Origin: an uncultured Actinomycetota bacterium
GTDB lineage: Bacteria; Actinomycetota; Acidimicrobiia; Acidimicrobiales; Bog-793
Reading direction: 5' to 3'
DNA: 64,000 nt
Assembly: GCA_963769255.1 (NCBI GenBank)
Contig: CAVYKV010000003.1
Coordinates: 610,309 to 674,308 of the forward strand
Shown here: one piece after another, positions 46,745-56,039 of the stretch
How the letters are laid out: each line of letters starts with the position of its first letter
Position numbering within the stretch: position 1 is the first letter of the stretch
Program-made: the position numbers and the translations under genes
The notes under the pieces: model-generated
What the model was told of the DNA's origin: nothing
What the model saw: the letters and a program-made list of their open reading frames with translations, nothing else
The model's database searches: none

Positions 46745-48865
46745 GTGAGCGAGCCCTCCGCGACTGCTGCCAGCGCGACACCGCCGCACCCACTCGGCGG
46801 AGAGCAGGTCGCTCCCGCCGGAACTGACGCACCTCCCGTGATCGGACCGCCGACAGCAGGGTCACGACTTCGGGATGCTGCAGTGGCAGCGGCCCCGCAT
46901 GCCGGTGTGCTGGCGATCCTGCTTGCGCTCGGGATCGCGTTGATGTGGGGCGCTTGGGGGACCGGGCACCCGACCTCTTCGGTGCTCTGCGGTTGTGGCG
47001 ACCCCGGGCAGACCGTTTGGTTCCTCGAGTGGGTCCCCTGGGCGCTCGGCCACGGTCACAACCCCTTGCTGACCGAGACGATGTTCGCCGGGCAAGGCGG
47101 GGCGAACCTGCTGGAGAGCACGTCATACCTGCTGCAATCATTCGTTCTCTCGCCGGTCACGGCGGCGTTCGGGCCGACCGCCGCCTTCAACGTGTCCCTC
47201 ACGCTCGCCCCTGTCGTGTCCGGCTGGTGCATGTTCCTCGCGAGTCGCCGACTGACGAGCTCGTGGCTGGCGCAGGTTGCGGCTGCTGTGCTGTGGGGGT
47301 TCTCGCCATTCGTGATCAGCTCCGAGTCGTTCGGCCACCTCGACTTGGCCGTGCTCTTCTTCCCCCCGCTGCTGTTCGTCTGCCTGTTCGATCTGTGCGC
47401 CACCGATCGGCGGTCGCCTCGCGTCATCGGGATATGGCTCGGGCTTCTCGTCGTCGCCCAGTTCTTCGCCGGTACCGAGCTCCTGGCCGTCACGATCCTC
47501 ATGGCCGTGGTTGGTCTCGTGGTGACAGCGGCGCTGAACCCTCGTCGGGCCCGCGAGCGCCTGAAGCGGATCGCCACCGGCTTCGGCGTCGCCGCCGGCG
47601 TCGCAGCCCTCGTGCTCGCCTACCCGGTCTGGATGCTCCTGGCTGGTCCACGCCATATCGTCGGGGCGCCCTGGCCGGGCATCGCCGCTCTCGGGAGTGA
47701 GCCGGGATCGATCGTCAATCCCGGGCCGGCGCACCTCTCGTCGAACTTCAACCTTGCCGGCGGCTACTACGGTCCCACGGGGCCTGATGTCGCCTATCTC
47801 GGCTGGCCGCTGCTGATCTTCGTCATCGTCTCCGCCTTCACATGGTGGCGGAGGCGCCCGGCTTGGACACTCGTCGCGATCGGCGTCGCCGCCTGGCTGT
47901 GTTCGCTCGGGGTCCTGCTGCTCCCGTTCGGCAGCGACTCGCGACAGTGGTGGTTGCCGTGGCAGTACGTCCAGCACTTGCCCCTCGTCGGGAGCATCGG
48001 ACCGACTCGTTTTGCTGCCATTGTCACCGGCGTGCTGGCGCTGCTGCTCGCACTCTCCATCGACGGCTGGCTCGAGCTCGCTCGAGGGCTCTACCGACGG
48101 CGTGCCGGCGCTCAGGGCCAACCCGGACCGGAGCGTGGAGTCGCCGGGCCCGGCGACGGCCACGGTGGCCGCCGCCGGGCGGTGCCAACGTCCGCTCTGC
48201 TTGCCATGCTGGTGGAGCTCGCCCTCGCCGCAGCCGTGGTGGTTGCGGCGGTCCCGATCGTGCGTGCCAACACGTGGCCGCTTGTGATGCATGCACAACC
48301 GATCCCGGCGTGGTTCAAGACGACCGCCCGGGACCTCCCATCGTCTTCGGTCGTAGTCGTCTACCCCTATCCGCCCTCGCTCGCTTCCGACGCCTTGTAT
48401 TGGCAGGCGACCGACGATATGGCGTTCCGGCTCGTCAGTGGGAGAGCCGAGATACCCGGTGCCGACGGACGGCACTCGGAGCACCTCGATCCGCTCGGCG
48501 GCTCTGACGCCTTCCTTGCGGCAGCGTCGTTCGGGTTCACGATCCCGGCGGCTCCATCGGTTGCTCAGATCACGCAACTGAGGGAGTCGTTCGTGGACTG
48601 GCACGTCAATGTCGTCGTCATCGTCGCTCGAGGCCGGGCGCCGGCATGGGCCGCTGCCGTCTTCACCGAGGCGATCGGGAGGCTGCCGCTCAAGCAGCAC
48701 GGCGCCCTCGCCTGGTATTCGCCCGGCGCCGACTGGGAATCCGTACCGCCGCTGAGGCTCAGCAGCGAGGCCGTCAAACGGTGCTCCGGGGACGGGTACT
48801 CACAACAGAGCATGGAAACAGCTCCGGCATGTGTGATGGCGGCCGGCGCTGCAGCGGCCCCGTGA
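46745..48865 (+). CDS. Large polytopic membrane protein (possibly GT-C-like glycosyltransferase), unknown function
   Basis: 706 aa with more than 10 hydrophobic segments and a C-terminal soluble ~200 aa. The family is not firmly recognised. Confidence 0.75.
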   Translation: MSEPSATAASATPPHPLGGEQVAPAGTDAPPVIGPPTAGSRLRDAAVAAAPHAGVLAILLALGIALMWGAWGTGHPTSSVLCGCGDPGQTVWFLEWVPWALGHGHNPLLTETMFAGQGGANLLESTSYLLQSFVLSPVTAAFGPTAAFNVSLTLAPVVSGWCMFLASRRLTSSWLAQVAAAVLWGFSPFVISSESFGHLDLAVLFFPPLLFVCLFDLCATDRRSPRVIGIWLGLLVVAQFFAGTELLAVTILMAVVGLVVTAALNPRRARERLKRIATGFGVAAGVAALVLAYPVWMLLAGPRHIVGAPWPGIAALGSEPGSIVNPGPAHLSSNFNLAGGYYGPTGPDVAYLGWPLLIFVIVSAFTWWRRRPAWTLVAIGVAAWLCSLGVLLLPFGSDSRQWWLPWQYVQHLPLVGSIGPTRFAAIVTGVLALLLALSIDGWLELARGLYRRRAGAQGQPGPERGVAGPGDGHGGRRRAVPTSALLAMLVELALAAAVVVAAVPIVRANTWPLVMHAQPIPAWFKTTARDLPSSSVVVVYPYPPSLASDALYWQATDDMAFRLVSGRAEIPGADGRHSEHLDPLGGSDAFLAAASFGFTIPAAPSVAQITQLRESFVDWHVNVVVIVARGRAPAWAAAVFTEAIGRLPLKQHGALAWYSPGADWESVPPLRLSSEAVKRCSGDGYSQQSMETAPACVMAAGAAAAP

Positions 48866-48949
48866 GCTTGTGGCGGTGTTCGTCTATCGAGGAATGCCGT
48901 CTCATGCTCCGTCGCTCACGCGCTGGCGACGTCGGCGGTCATCTCCGCG

Positions 48950-49699
48950 ATGATGGCCGACGTGGAGGAGGTCGAGGTTGTCGTCGCCCATAACGAGCGC
49001 GCGACCCTGCGCGTCGGCGACGTCTTCCTGAAGATCGACGCTGATCAGACCCGCACCAACGTCGAGGTCGAAGCGATGGCGATGGCGCCGGTCCCGACCC
49101 CGGAGATCCTGTGGCGAAAGCCGCCCGTGCTCGCGCTCGCCGCTCTCCCTGGGACGGCACTCGGCCACCTCGGCGAGCCGTCTGCCGCGTCGTCGGGAGC
49201 GTGGGCGGCGGCGGGTGCCGCCGTCCGGGCGCTGCACGAGGCGCCGCTGCCGCCATGGCCCGGTCGGAGCGTCGACGAGCTCGCATCACACCTCGCGGCC
49301 GAGTGCGAGTGGCTGGCCGCCAACGCCGTCCTTCCCGCCGACGTGCTTACACGCAACCGCCGGTTGGCCGAGACTGCACTCCGGCCGTGGACACCGGTGT
49401 TCATCCACGGTGACCTGCAGGTCGACCACGTCTTCGTCGCCGGTGACGAGGTCACCGGCGTCATCGACTGGTCCGAGGCGTCGCAGGGTGACGCGCTCTT
49501 CGACCTCGCGACCCTCACGCTCGGACACGAGGAGCACCTTGGCGACGTCGTCGCCGGTTATGGCACTGAAGTCGAGCGCGACCTCATCTGCGCGTGGTGG
49601 TCGCTGCGGTGCCTGCTGAACGTCCGCTGGCTGGTCGAGCACGGCTTCGGCCCGCCCGAGGAGATGCCCGAGGTCGCCGTGCTGCGATCCCGGCAGTGA
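48950..49699 (+). CDS. Aminoglycoside phosphotransferase (APH) family kinase
   Basis: FIHGDLQVDHVFV (catalytic HGD) and VIDWSEASQGDALFDLA (DxD-type). Confidence 0.85.
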   Translation: MMADVEEVEVVVAHNERATLRVGDVFLKIDADQTRTNVEVEAMAMAPVPTPEILWRKPPVLALAALPGTALGHLGEPSAASSGAWAAAGAAVRALHEAPLPPWPGRSVDELASHLAAECEWLAANAVLPADVLTRNRRLAETALRPWTPVFIHGDLQVDHVFVAGDEVTGVIDWSEASQGDALFDLATLTLGHEEHLGDVVAGYGTEVERDLICAWWSLRCLLNVRWLVEHGFGPPEEMPEVAVLRSRQ

Positions 49700-49885
49700 G
49701 GCTGCACGAGCCCGACGGCTACGAGTGCCCGTCGGTCGCCATCGCCGCACCTCAGGAAACCCCGTCGTCTCCCGGATCGACGAGGTCGTGGCCCTCGTGA
49801 ACATCAGGTGGTGGCCGAACAACCCACGGGCGTTCCGGTTGGCCGCGCTCTATCGTCCGCGGCGCTCCCGCCAGGTCTGCGATCG

Positions 49886-50545
49886 TCAGGCCTCGCGCTC
49901 GCGTGACGCGTCAAGCCTCGCCTGCACTTCTCTTCCGGTGTCGGGAGCCGGGACGATGGCCTCGAGTTCCTGGAGGGTGATTGGCCGGTATACCAGCGCG
50001 AGCACGCCGCATTGAAACGCCCGGCTGGACAGTAGCCGGAGTCCCTGAGGGCGACCGACGTCCGGAAACAGCGGCGTGCCGCCTCCGGCCGCCACGGGAT
50101 ACACGTACAGGCGGTACTCATCCACCAGACCGAGCCCGGCTAGGGACTGGACAAACCGGGCTCCGCCGTGGGCGACGATCTCGCCCCCCGACTCGGCCTT
50201 GAGGCGGGCAATCTCATCCGCCGTATCGCCGCGGGCGATGCGCGACTCCGGCCACTCGGCGGACTGCAGGGTCCGGGAGAAGACGACCTTGGGGATGTCG
50301 TTCATGATGGCCGCCACGGGATCGGTGGAGGTGGGCCACGTTTCCGCCATTGACTCGTAGGTGACCCGGCCCATGATGTGGGTCCCGGCGCGGCGCATCA
50401 GGCTGAGGAAGTAGTCCTCGTACTCGTCATCGTCAGGTGCTGGCGGCAAAGCGGCCGGTCCGAACGACCGCCAGAACTCGCTTCCCTCCTCGCAGATATA
50501 CCCGTCTAACGAGACCGCGGCCATTTGCAGGACAACTTGCCTCAT
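49886..50545 (-). CDS. Dihydrofolate reductase-like (RibD C-terminal domain) family protein
   Basis: VSLDGYI...MGRVTYESM...EIVAHGGARFVQSLAGLGLVDEYRLYVYPV. Confidence 0.85.
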   Translation of the reverse strand: MRQVVLQMAAVSLDGYICEEGSEFWRSFGPAALPPAPDDDEYEDYFLSLMRRAGTHIMGRVTYESMAETWPTSTDPVAAIMNDIPKVVFSRTLQSAEWPESRIARGDTADEIARLKAESGGEIVAHGGARFVQSLAGLGLVDEYRLYVYPVAAGGGTPLFPDVGRPQGLRLLSSRAFQCGVLALVYRPITLQELEAIVPAPDTGREVQARLDASREREA

Positions 50546-50770
50546 CCGGTTCCTCCGATCACTTGGTCTTCGGAACTTCGACGGTCGGTGGCTTCGGAAG
50601 TCACCGGCAGGTCGACCCGGTCTCGACCTGCTTGCCCCGTCACCGACTCAGCCTTCCACGACCGCGACTCGCGTCGCGGGCGGCAGTCTCGCCAGACGCC
50701 GAGCGTCCGAGTGACGTTCGAGTGACGCTTCGGGCACACACTCCCCAGGAGAGAGCGGTGGAGGCGCCGC

Positions 50771-53455
50771 GTGTCACGAAGGGGGACGAGAGAGATGCGA
50801 CGCGCGACGGGTCGTGCCTGTCTGTCAGTGTTCGTCGTTATCGCAATGACGATCACCGGTCTTGTGCAGTCGGCCGCAACCGCTTCCACGACGGGACGGG
50901 TCGACGCACCGAGGCCCGCCCGGTCGGCGATGCCGCGTGCGGAGGCGGCCTCCACGACGCCGACCTTCAGTGTCATCCCCATCACTGGGCCCTCCGCCTG
51001 CATCCGGCGTGTCACGGCGATCAACGCCGACGGGGACGTCGTCGGGACGGCGAACTTCCCTGTCGACATCAGCGGCAACACCGTCTGGGAACCGGACGCG
51101 TTCGAATGGTCGCTGGCAGGGGGAGTCAAGCGGCTGCCCTTCTCCAGTGACACACCCGACAACGCGAGCGGGTCAGCTGCCGAAGGAGAGGAATGCTCGA
51201 ACCTGAACTACGAATTGACGCAACTGCCTTCTGCCGCAGCCTTCGGCCCGGGTGGCGAGGTCCTCGGCGGCACGCCCCACTGGGCTCCCCCGAGCTACGA
51301 GCCGAGCTCGAACTCACCGGCCGCCTGGGCCAGCACCGGCGCCACACCGACCGTGCTTCCCAACCTCTGCGGGCAGCAGACGGAGGCCACCGGAGCCGTC
51401 TTCGCCAGCAACGCCGCAGGTGACCTCGTCGGAGACTCCCTGTACTCGAGTTCGTGCCAAAGCATCCCATTGCAGGATTCGACGAGCCCCTACCCCTATT
51501 ACACCCCGGTCGGCGGCAGCTCGACAGCGATTCCCATGGCGCCCGGCGCAGGGCTGATCGAGTGGCCCACCGCCATCAACGACGCCGACCAGGTCGTGCT
51601 CGGCTACGACGACGCCACCACGAAGGACCTCGAGCTCGGCATCTGGTCACCCGGGTCGGCAAGCGTCGTCCCCCTCGGAATGCACTTTCCCGAGAACCAG
51701 CAATTCGACGCAGGAGACCTCTCCGACTCGGGCGTCGTCGTCGGCGAGATCGGCGCTCAAGCCGTCTATTCGGTCAACAAGCCCGATGAGAAGTCGGCAG
51801 GCAGCCTCGTCACCCTGCCGACGCTGTCGGGGTATCTCGAATCCGCTGCCGTCGGCGTCAACAACGCCGGCGACGTCGTCGGGGTGTCGGCGGCGGGCAC
51901 GAAAAAGGGCGGCGCAGTGGCCGTGGCCACGGCGTGGCCGGGGGCGGCGCCGCCGTCCCTCGGCAAGGGGGAGGCGGAGCCGGAGCCGGTCGACCTGAAC
52001 ACGCTCATACCCCAGACCCCGGGCCTCACCCTGATCGCCGCCGTGCTCGTCAACGACGAAGACGACATCGTGGCGATCGCCGAGACGAGCTCCGGCTCAG
52101 AGGAGTGGGTCGAACTCGTGCCGCTGTGCTCGAACGGGGACTCCGACTCGCTCGGCGTCCACTCGATCAGCTCGAGCGGGCGAGGAACGAACGATGTCTG
52201 CCTGTCGATCAAGGTGACGACAGAATCCGGCAGCACGAGCCTGAGCATGCACTCCGGGGTCTCCTGGCTCGGGCCCCACAAGGGGATTGCTTTCACCGAG
52301 GATGTCGCCTCGTCGCTGCCCACCCACCCATGGGGTGACATCTACTTTCGCCAGAAATGCCTCTCCGCATGCGTCAACCTCGTGGCAACCGTCTACGTCG
52401 GACCATGGGGTTCCGGGGAGCCACTGGGAGGCGACGACGTGACGGCGGCAGTCATCGGCGCTCGCGACCCGCATCCCCTGCCGAAGGACCGGGAGGGCCA
52501 TGTCTGCATCGCCACCACCTTCGAATCGGAGCAGCCGAAGGCCTTCCCGTGCGGCGACACGGTCACGACGACGAGCGAGTCTGCCTCCACCGGTGCTGGG
52601 CAGATACCGCTGCGGTACTGGGGGCCCTCGGTGGCCTCAGCGACGGGAGGGCCGGCGGCCTACATCCGCATCACGGCCCAGTCGCTCCACCGATGCGATG
52701 CCTACGGCAACTGTTTCGACTACGGCTCCGTCTCGAAGACGGTCAGCGTGAAGCTCCTTCCCTCGCTCGTGTACGACAGCGGCACCATTACCCTCACTCC
52801 CTCCGAGACGGGCGTGCTCGCAGCCTGGGGAAAGAGCGGCGATATCGCGTCCAACCTCAAGAGCCTGAAGAGCTTCGTCGACGACCTGAAGAAGAGGAAG
52901 GTGCTCACACGGTTCCTCCCCGGGGACGATTTGGAGACCTTCCTGAGCGACGCCTCCGGCTACGCCGGGTCCGTGGCCTCCTTCATCATGATGGAGTGGG
53001 GCGACAACATCCTCAACGTGCTCGAGGACGGCCTCGTCTTCGAAGACCTCCACAAGATCGTCAGCCAGATCACCGACTACCTCCTCGACTACGTGAAGAG
53101 CTCGTCGGTGAAGAAGGCGCTCAACTGGATCAAGGACGAGGTGCTCGGTCCCTCTGGCAACTACGGCGAACAGCTGGCGACGCATCTGCAGGAGCTCGGT
53201 GACGCAGTGAGCGCAGGGCATTACGGGTCCATCCAAATCCAGATCGACGAGCGCTCGGAGTGCTGGGCCGATGTCAACTGCCTCAGCGGCGCACTCGGCA
53301 GCTACAGCCCCGGATCGGCGTATTACCTCAACGTGTGGCTCACGGTCGACGGGATCACCAAGCAGTTCCTCGTCACCACCGGTTACGCCGCCCCGACCTG
53401 GCTCCCCGAGCAGTGCTCGGCGGCGCCCTACGGAGACGCCTGCAAGGCGGGTTGA
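50771..53455 (+). CDS. Secreted protein with N-terminal HAF-type repeats and an unassigned C-terminal ~400 aa
   Basis: Signal MRRATGRACLSVFVVIAMTITGLVQSAATA (ATG at 50795 is likely the true start). Recurrent INADGDVVGTA / SNAAGDLVGDS / INDADQVVLGY / VNNAGDVVGVS / VNDEDDIVAIA motifs. The C-terminal part is Lys-rich, helical-looking and lower in GC. Confidence 0.75.
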   Translation: MSRRGTREMRRATGRACLSVFVVIAMTITGLVQSAATASTTGRVDAPRPARSAMPRAEAASTTPTFSVIPITGPSACIRRVTAINADGDVVGTANFPVDISGNTVWEPDAFEWSLAGGVKRLPFSSDTPDNASGSAAEGEECSNLNYELTQLPSAAAFGPGGEVLGGTPHWAPPSYEPSSNSPAAWASTGATPTVLPNLCGQQTEATGAVFASNAAGDLVGDSLYSSSCQSIPLQDSTSPYPYYTPVGGSSTAIPMAPGAGLIEWPTAINDADQVVLGYDDATTKDLELGIWSPGSASVVPLGMHFPENQQFDAGDLSDSGVVVGEIGAQAVYSVNKPDEKSAGSLVTLPTLSGYLESAAVGVNNAGDVVGVSAAGTKKGGAVAVATAWPGAAPPSLGKGEAEPEPVDLNTLIPQTPGLTLIAAVLVNDEDDIVAIAETSSGSEEWVELVPLCSNGDSDSLGVHSISSSGRGTNDVCLSIKVTTESGSTSLSMHSGVSWLGPHKGIAFTEDVASSLPTHPWGDIYFRQKCLSACVNLVATVYVGPWGSGEPLGGDDVTAAVIGARDPHPLPKDREGHVCIATTFESEQPKAFPCGDTVTTTSESASTGAGQIPLRYWGPSVASATGGPAAYIRITAQSLHRCDAYGNCFDYGSVSKTVSVKLLPSLVYDSGTITLTPSETGVLAAWGKSGDIASNLKSLKSFVDDLKKRKVLTRFLPGDDLETFLSDASGYAGSVASFIMMEWGDNILNVLEDGLVFEDLHKIVSQITDYLLDYVKSSSVKKALNWIKDEVLGPSGNYGEQLATHLQELGDAVSAGHYGSIQIQIDERSECWADVNCLSGALGSYSPGSAYYLNVWLTVDGITKQFLVTTGYAAPTWLPEQCSAAPYGDACKAG

Positions 53456-53469
53456 GGCCCGCGCAACAG

Positions 53470-53790
53470 ATGGGGCGCCCTTCGCCTCGTGCAGAGGAGG
53501 TCGTACAAAACACCGCCCCCGGGCCGAAAGAGGCCTTCATGGTCGACCGAGAGCTCTGCCATGTGCACGCCCAGGGTGATTTCAGCCTCCACGCCGCTCT
53601 GCCGCTCCCACTCGCCGCAGCCGCAGAGAGTCAAGGATGGGTCGAACCCCACTTCTTCGTGCTCACGGGACGAGCGCCGGCGACCATGGTCATGCTCTAT
53701 GCCCCGCGCGACCCCGCCGAGCAGGCCGTGGTCGTGGGACTGGTCCGCGCGTCCTACGAGTTCGCCCTCAATCAACGACCCGGCGTATAG
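53470..53790 (+). CDS. Luciferase-like (DUF5519-type) small protein
   Basis: DRELCHVHAQGDFSLHAALP...GWVEPH...MLYAPRDPAEQAVVVGLVRASYEFA fits my recollection of this family. It is shorter at the N-terminus than typical members. Confidence 0.5.
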   Translation: MGRPSPRAEEVVQNTAPGPKEAFMVDRELCHVHAQGDFSLHAALPLPLAAAAESQGWVEPHFFVLTGRAPATMVMLYAPRDPAEQAVVVGLVRASYEFALNQRPGV

Positions 53791-53828
53791 AGGCAGTCAC
53801 GAACATCCGTCTATCCAAGGAGAAACCG

Positions 53829-53990
53829 ATGTCCCTCATCGTCGTGGGACCCGATGACGGCGAACCGTCAGGCGGCGGCCCGATCCAAATACGCATCATC
53901 GACGACGGCTCGCGGACCGAGCATCGGCTGGGCCTCGTCGAGGCGGTGGTGCCGCCAGGGCCGGCCGGCCCGCCGCACCAGCGGACGAGC
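53829..53990 (+). pseudogene. Probable cupin gene remnant (N-terminal ~50 codons only)
   Basis: GGPIQIRIIDDGSRTEHRLGLVEAVVPPGPAGPP resembles a cupin N-terminus. The similarity is lost exactly where the convergent HD-GYP gene ends. Confidence 0.3.
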
Positions 53991-53992
53991 GG

Positions 53993-55375
53993 TTACGCAG
54001 TACCGAAGTCGACGCGACCGTCCCGGAACAAAGTCAGACAGGCATCAACGACCGTGGGATCGAAGAGCGTGCCGCGACCCCTGGCGATCTCGCTGAGCGC
54101 AGCATCGATTCCCATCGATGGCCGGTACGGCCGGTGCGACGCCATGGCCTCGACGACGTCTGCAACAGCGATGATGCGGGCCTCGATGCCGATCTCGTCG
54201 CCGTGCAGACCGTCGGGATAGCCGCTGCCATCGAGTCGCTCGTGGTGATGAAGGATCATGTCACCGATAGGCCAAGGGAAGACGATGTTCTTCACGATGT
54301 CGGAACCCACGCGGGTATGGGTCTTGACGAGCTCGAACTCGAGTGCGTTGAGCCGCGACGGTCTCGATAGGATCTCCGCGGGGACTCCGATCTTGCCGAG
54401 ATCGTGGATGTTGGCTCCGAGCCGAATGCCCTCGACGTTGGCTGCGCTCAGGCCGATCTCCGCGGCGATCGCCGCCGAGAGGTCGGCCACCCGATGTTGG
54501 TGCCCGGCCGTGTAGGGGTCTCGAGCTTCGACGGTCGCCGCGATGGCGTCGACCGCCGCGTGTGTGAGCGCAGTTTGTGCGGCTTCAGCCTCTTTGCGTT
54601 CGGTGATGTCGACCACGACGTTGCCGACGCCGATGATCTCGCCGCCGATGCGGACGGGGTAGTAGCTGGCCACCCAGTACAGCGTTCGTCCCGGTTGCTC
54701 GGCGCTAGGACCGCTCACCTCGACGTTGAGGACGGTCTCGCCTCTGAGTGCCCCCTCGTACGCGTCGCGGACCTGTGTCCACAGCTCGGGCCACAATTCA
54801 CCAACGGTGCGCCCGAGGTGGTCATCGATTGAGCGGCCAGAGATGCGGGCGAGGTTGTCGTTGATGCTGATGACTCCAAAGTCGCGATCGACGAGTTTGA
54901 ACCCGAGCGGCGCGGCCGCGGTGATGCTCTCCAACAGTTTGAGGGACTCGAGCGCCTTGCGTTCTGACTCGCGCAGCGAAAGCTCTAGCTGCTTCTGCTC
55001 GTCGATGTCGGTCGCCGTGCCGATCCAAGTCGAGATCCTGCCATCATGTCCCCGGACGGGCAGTGCCCGGAAGGCGTGCCAACGGTACGCACCATCGTGC
55101 CGCCGAATGCGATACTCCAACGCGTACGGAGTCTCGGTTGTCGTGGCGTGCTCCCATCCGACACGGGCGCGCTCCGAATCGTCCGGGTGCACGAGATTGA
55201 CCCAGTCCCAGTCGTAGTTGGCCTCTCGCGGGAACCCGGTGTAGTCGGTCCCCTGGCGATTGAAGTACGTCGTTGCGCCGTCGGCTGAGGCCATCCATAC
55301 GATGTGAGGGATCGATTCGGCGATGAGCGACAGATCGTCGACGTCCAGAGCGCCCGCTGTCGTGAGCGGAGTCAT
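53993..55375 (-). CDS. PAS-PAS-HD-GYP domain signalling protein (c-di-GMP phosphodiesterase type)
   Basis: Two PAS-like segments (IVWMASADGATTYFN..; GFKLVDRDFGVISIN..). The HD-GYP module has NIHDLGKIG and HHERLDGSGYPDGL. Confidence 0.9.
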   Translation of the reverse strand: MTPLTTAGALDVDDLSLIAESIPHIVWMASADGATTYFNRQGTDYTGFPREANYDWDWVNLVHPDDSERARVGWEHATTTETPYALEYRIRRHDGAYRWHAFRALPVRGHDGRISTWIGTATDIDEQKQLELSLRESERKALESLKLLESITAAAPLGFKLVDRDFGVISINDNLARISGRSIDDHLGRTVGELWPELWTQVRDAYEGALRGETVLNVEVSGPSAEQPGRTLYWVASYYPVRIGGEIIGVGNVVVDITERKEAEAAQTALTHAAVDAIAATVEARDPYTAGHQHRVADLSAAIAAEIGLSAANVEGIRLGANIHDLGKIGVPAEILSRPSRLNALEFELVKTHTRVGSDIVKNIVFPWPIGDMILHHHERLDGSGYPDGLHGDEIGIEARIIAVADVVEAMASHRPYRPSMGIDAALSEIARGRGTLFDPTVVDACLTLFRDGRVDFGTA

Positions 55376-55484
55376 GGATACTTCGATCCGGCAAACAGCA
55401 TCTATCCAATGTCGACAGATTTACCTCGCTTTCATAGAGCCGAAGGTCCCAATGCTGAGAAGCATCGGCAAGACTCCCGTGAAC

Positions 55485-55620
55485 ACCGACGCCTACGACC
55501 CGCCGGGTCCGAACAAGGACGAGCTCGGGGTCGAGGTGTCGGTGACCCGCCTCATGAGCCTGGCTGGTATCGAGGGCCTGCCGAAAGGAAAGAAGCGCCG
55601 CACCACGACTTGGTTGGCAA
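55485..55620 (+). mobile_element. Possible IS3-family transposase remnant
   Basis: The translation DELGVEVSVTRLMSLAGIEGLPKGKKRRTTT resembles the segment preceding the DDE core of IS3 OrfB proteins (..RVARLMRxxGLxGxxRRKxxRTT). No catalytic core follows. Confidence 0.3.
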
Positions 55621-55658
55621 TCGCCAACGGAATGCAGCCTCTGACCAGGGAAAACGAG

Positions 55659-55705
55659 TGGAGGTGAGCGGACTCGAACCGCCGACTTCCACGTTGCGAA
55701 CGTGT
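55659..55705 (-). repeat. tRNA-Ala(CGC)-like 3' fragment without CCA (att-like direct repeat 2)
   Basis: 46 of 47 nt are identical to 46602-46648. The single difference is at tRNA position 37 (G versus A). It is followed by ACTC rather than CCA. There is no 5' half. Confidence 0.7.
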
Positions 55706-56039
55706 TTATGGCGGACTTCAGCGGACTATGGCGAACTATCACGGCAGGTCAGCGAGCTATCCACACGCCGGCGAACGGCAGCGAACGGCGGCGTCCGCGG
55801 GATGGCGGCGGGATGAGAGGGGTCGATCCCGCTGGCCGCGCATGTCGTGCCAATCGCCCGGAGGCGATCCTGCGCGCGCTCGACTCAGGGCGTTCGACGT
55901 TGTCGTTCGTTTCGTCCACAATCGAGTTACGTATGAACGTGCACATAAGCTTCGTCTGCTGACGGCATCCGATGTTGCCGAGCCTGTTCGCCCCGAGAGT
56001 CTCGACCGGCCAGTGCGTACTTCAAGCCAGAGAGGGCCG

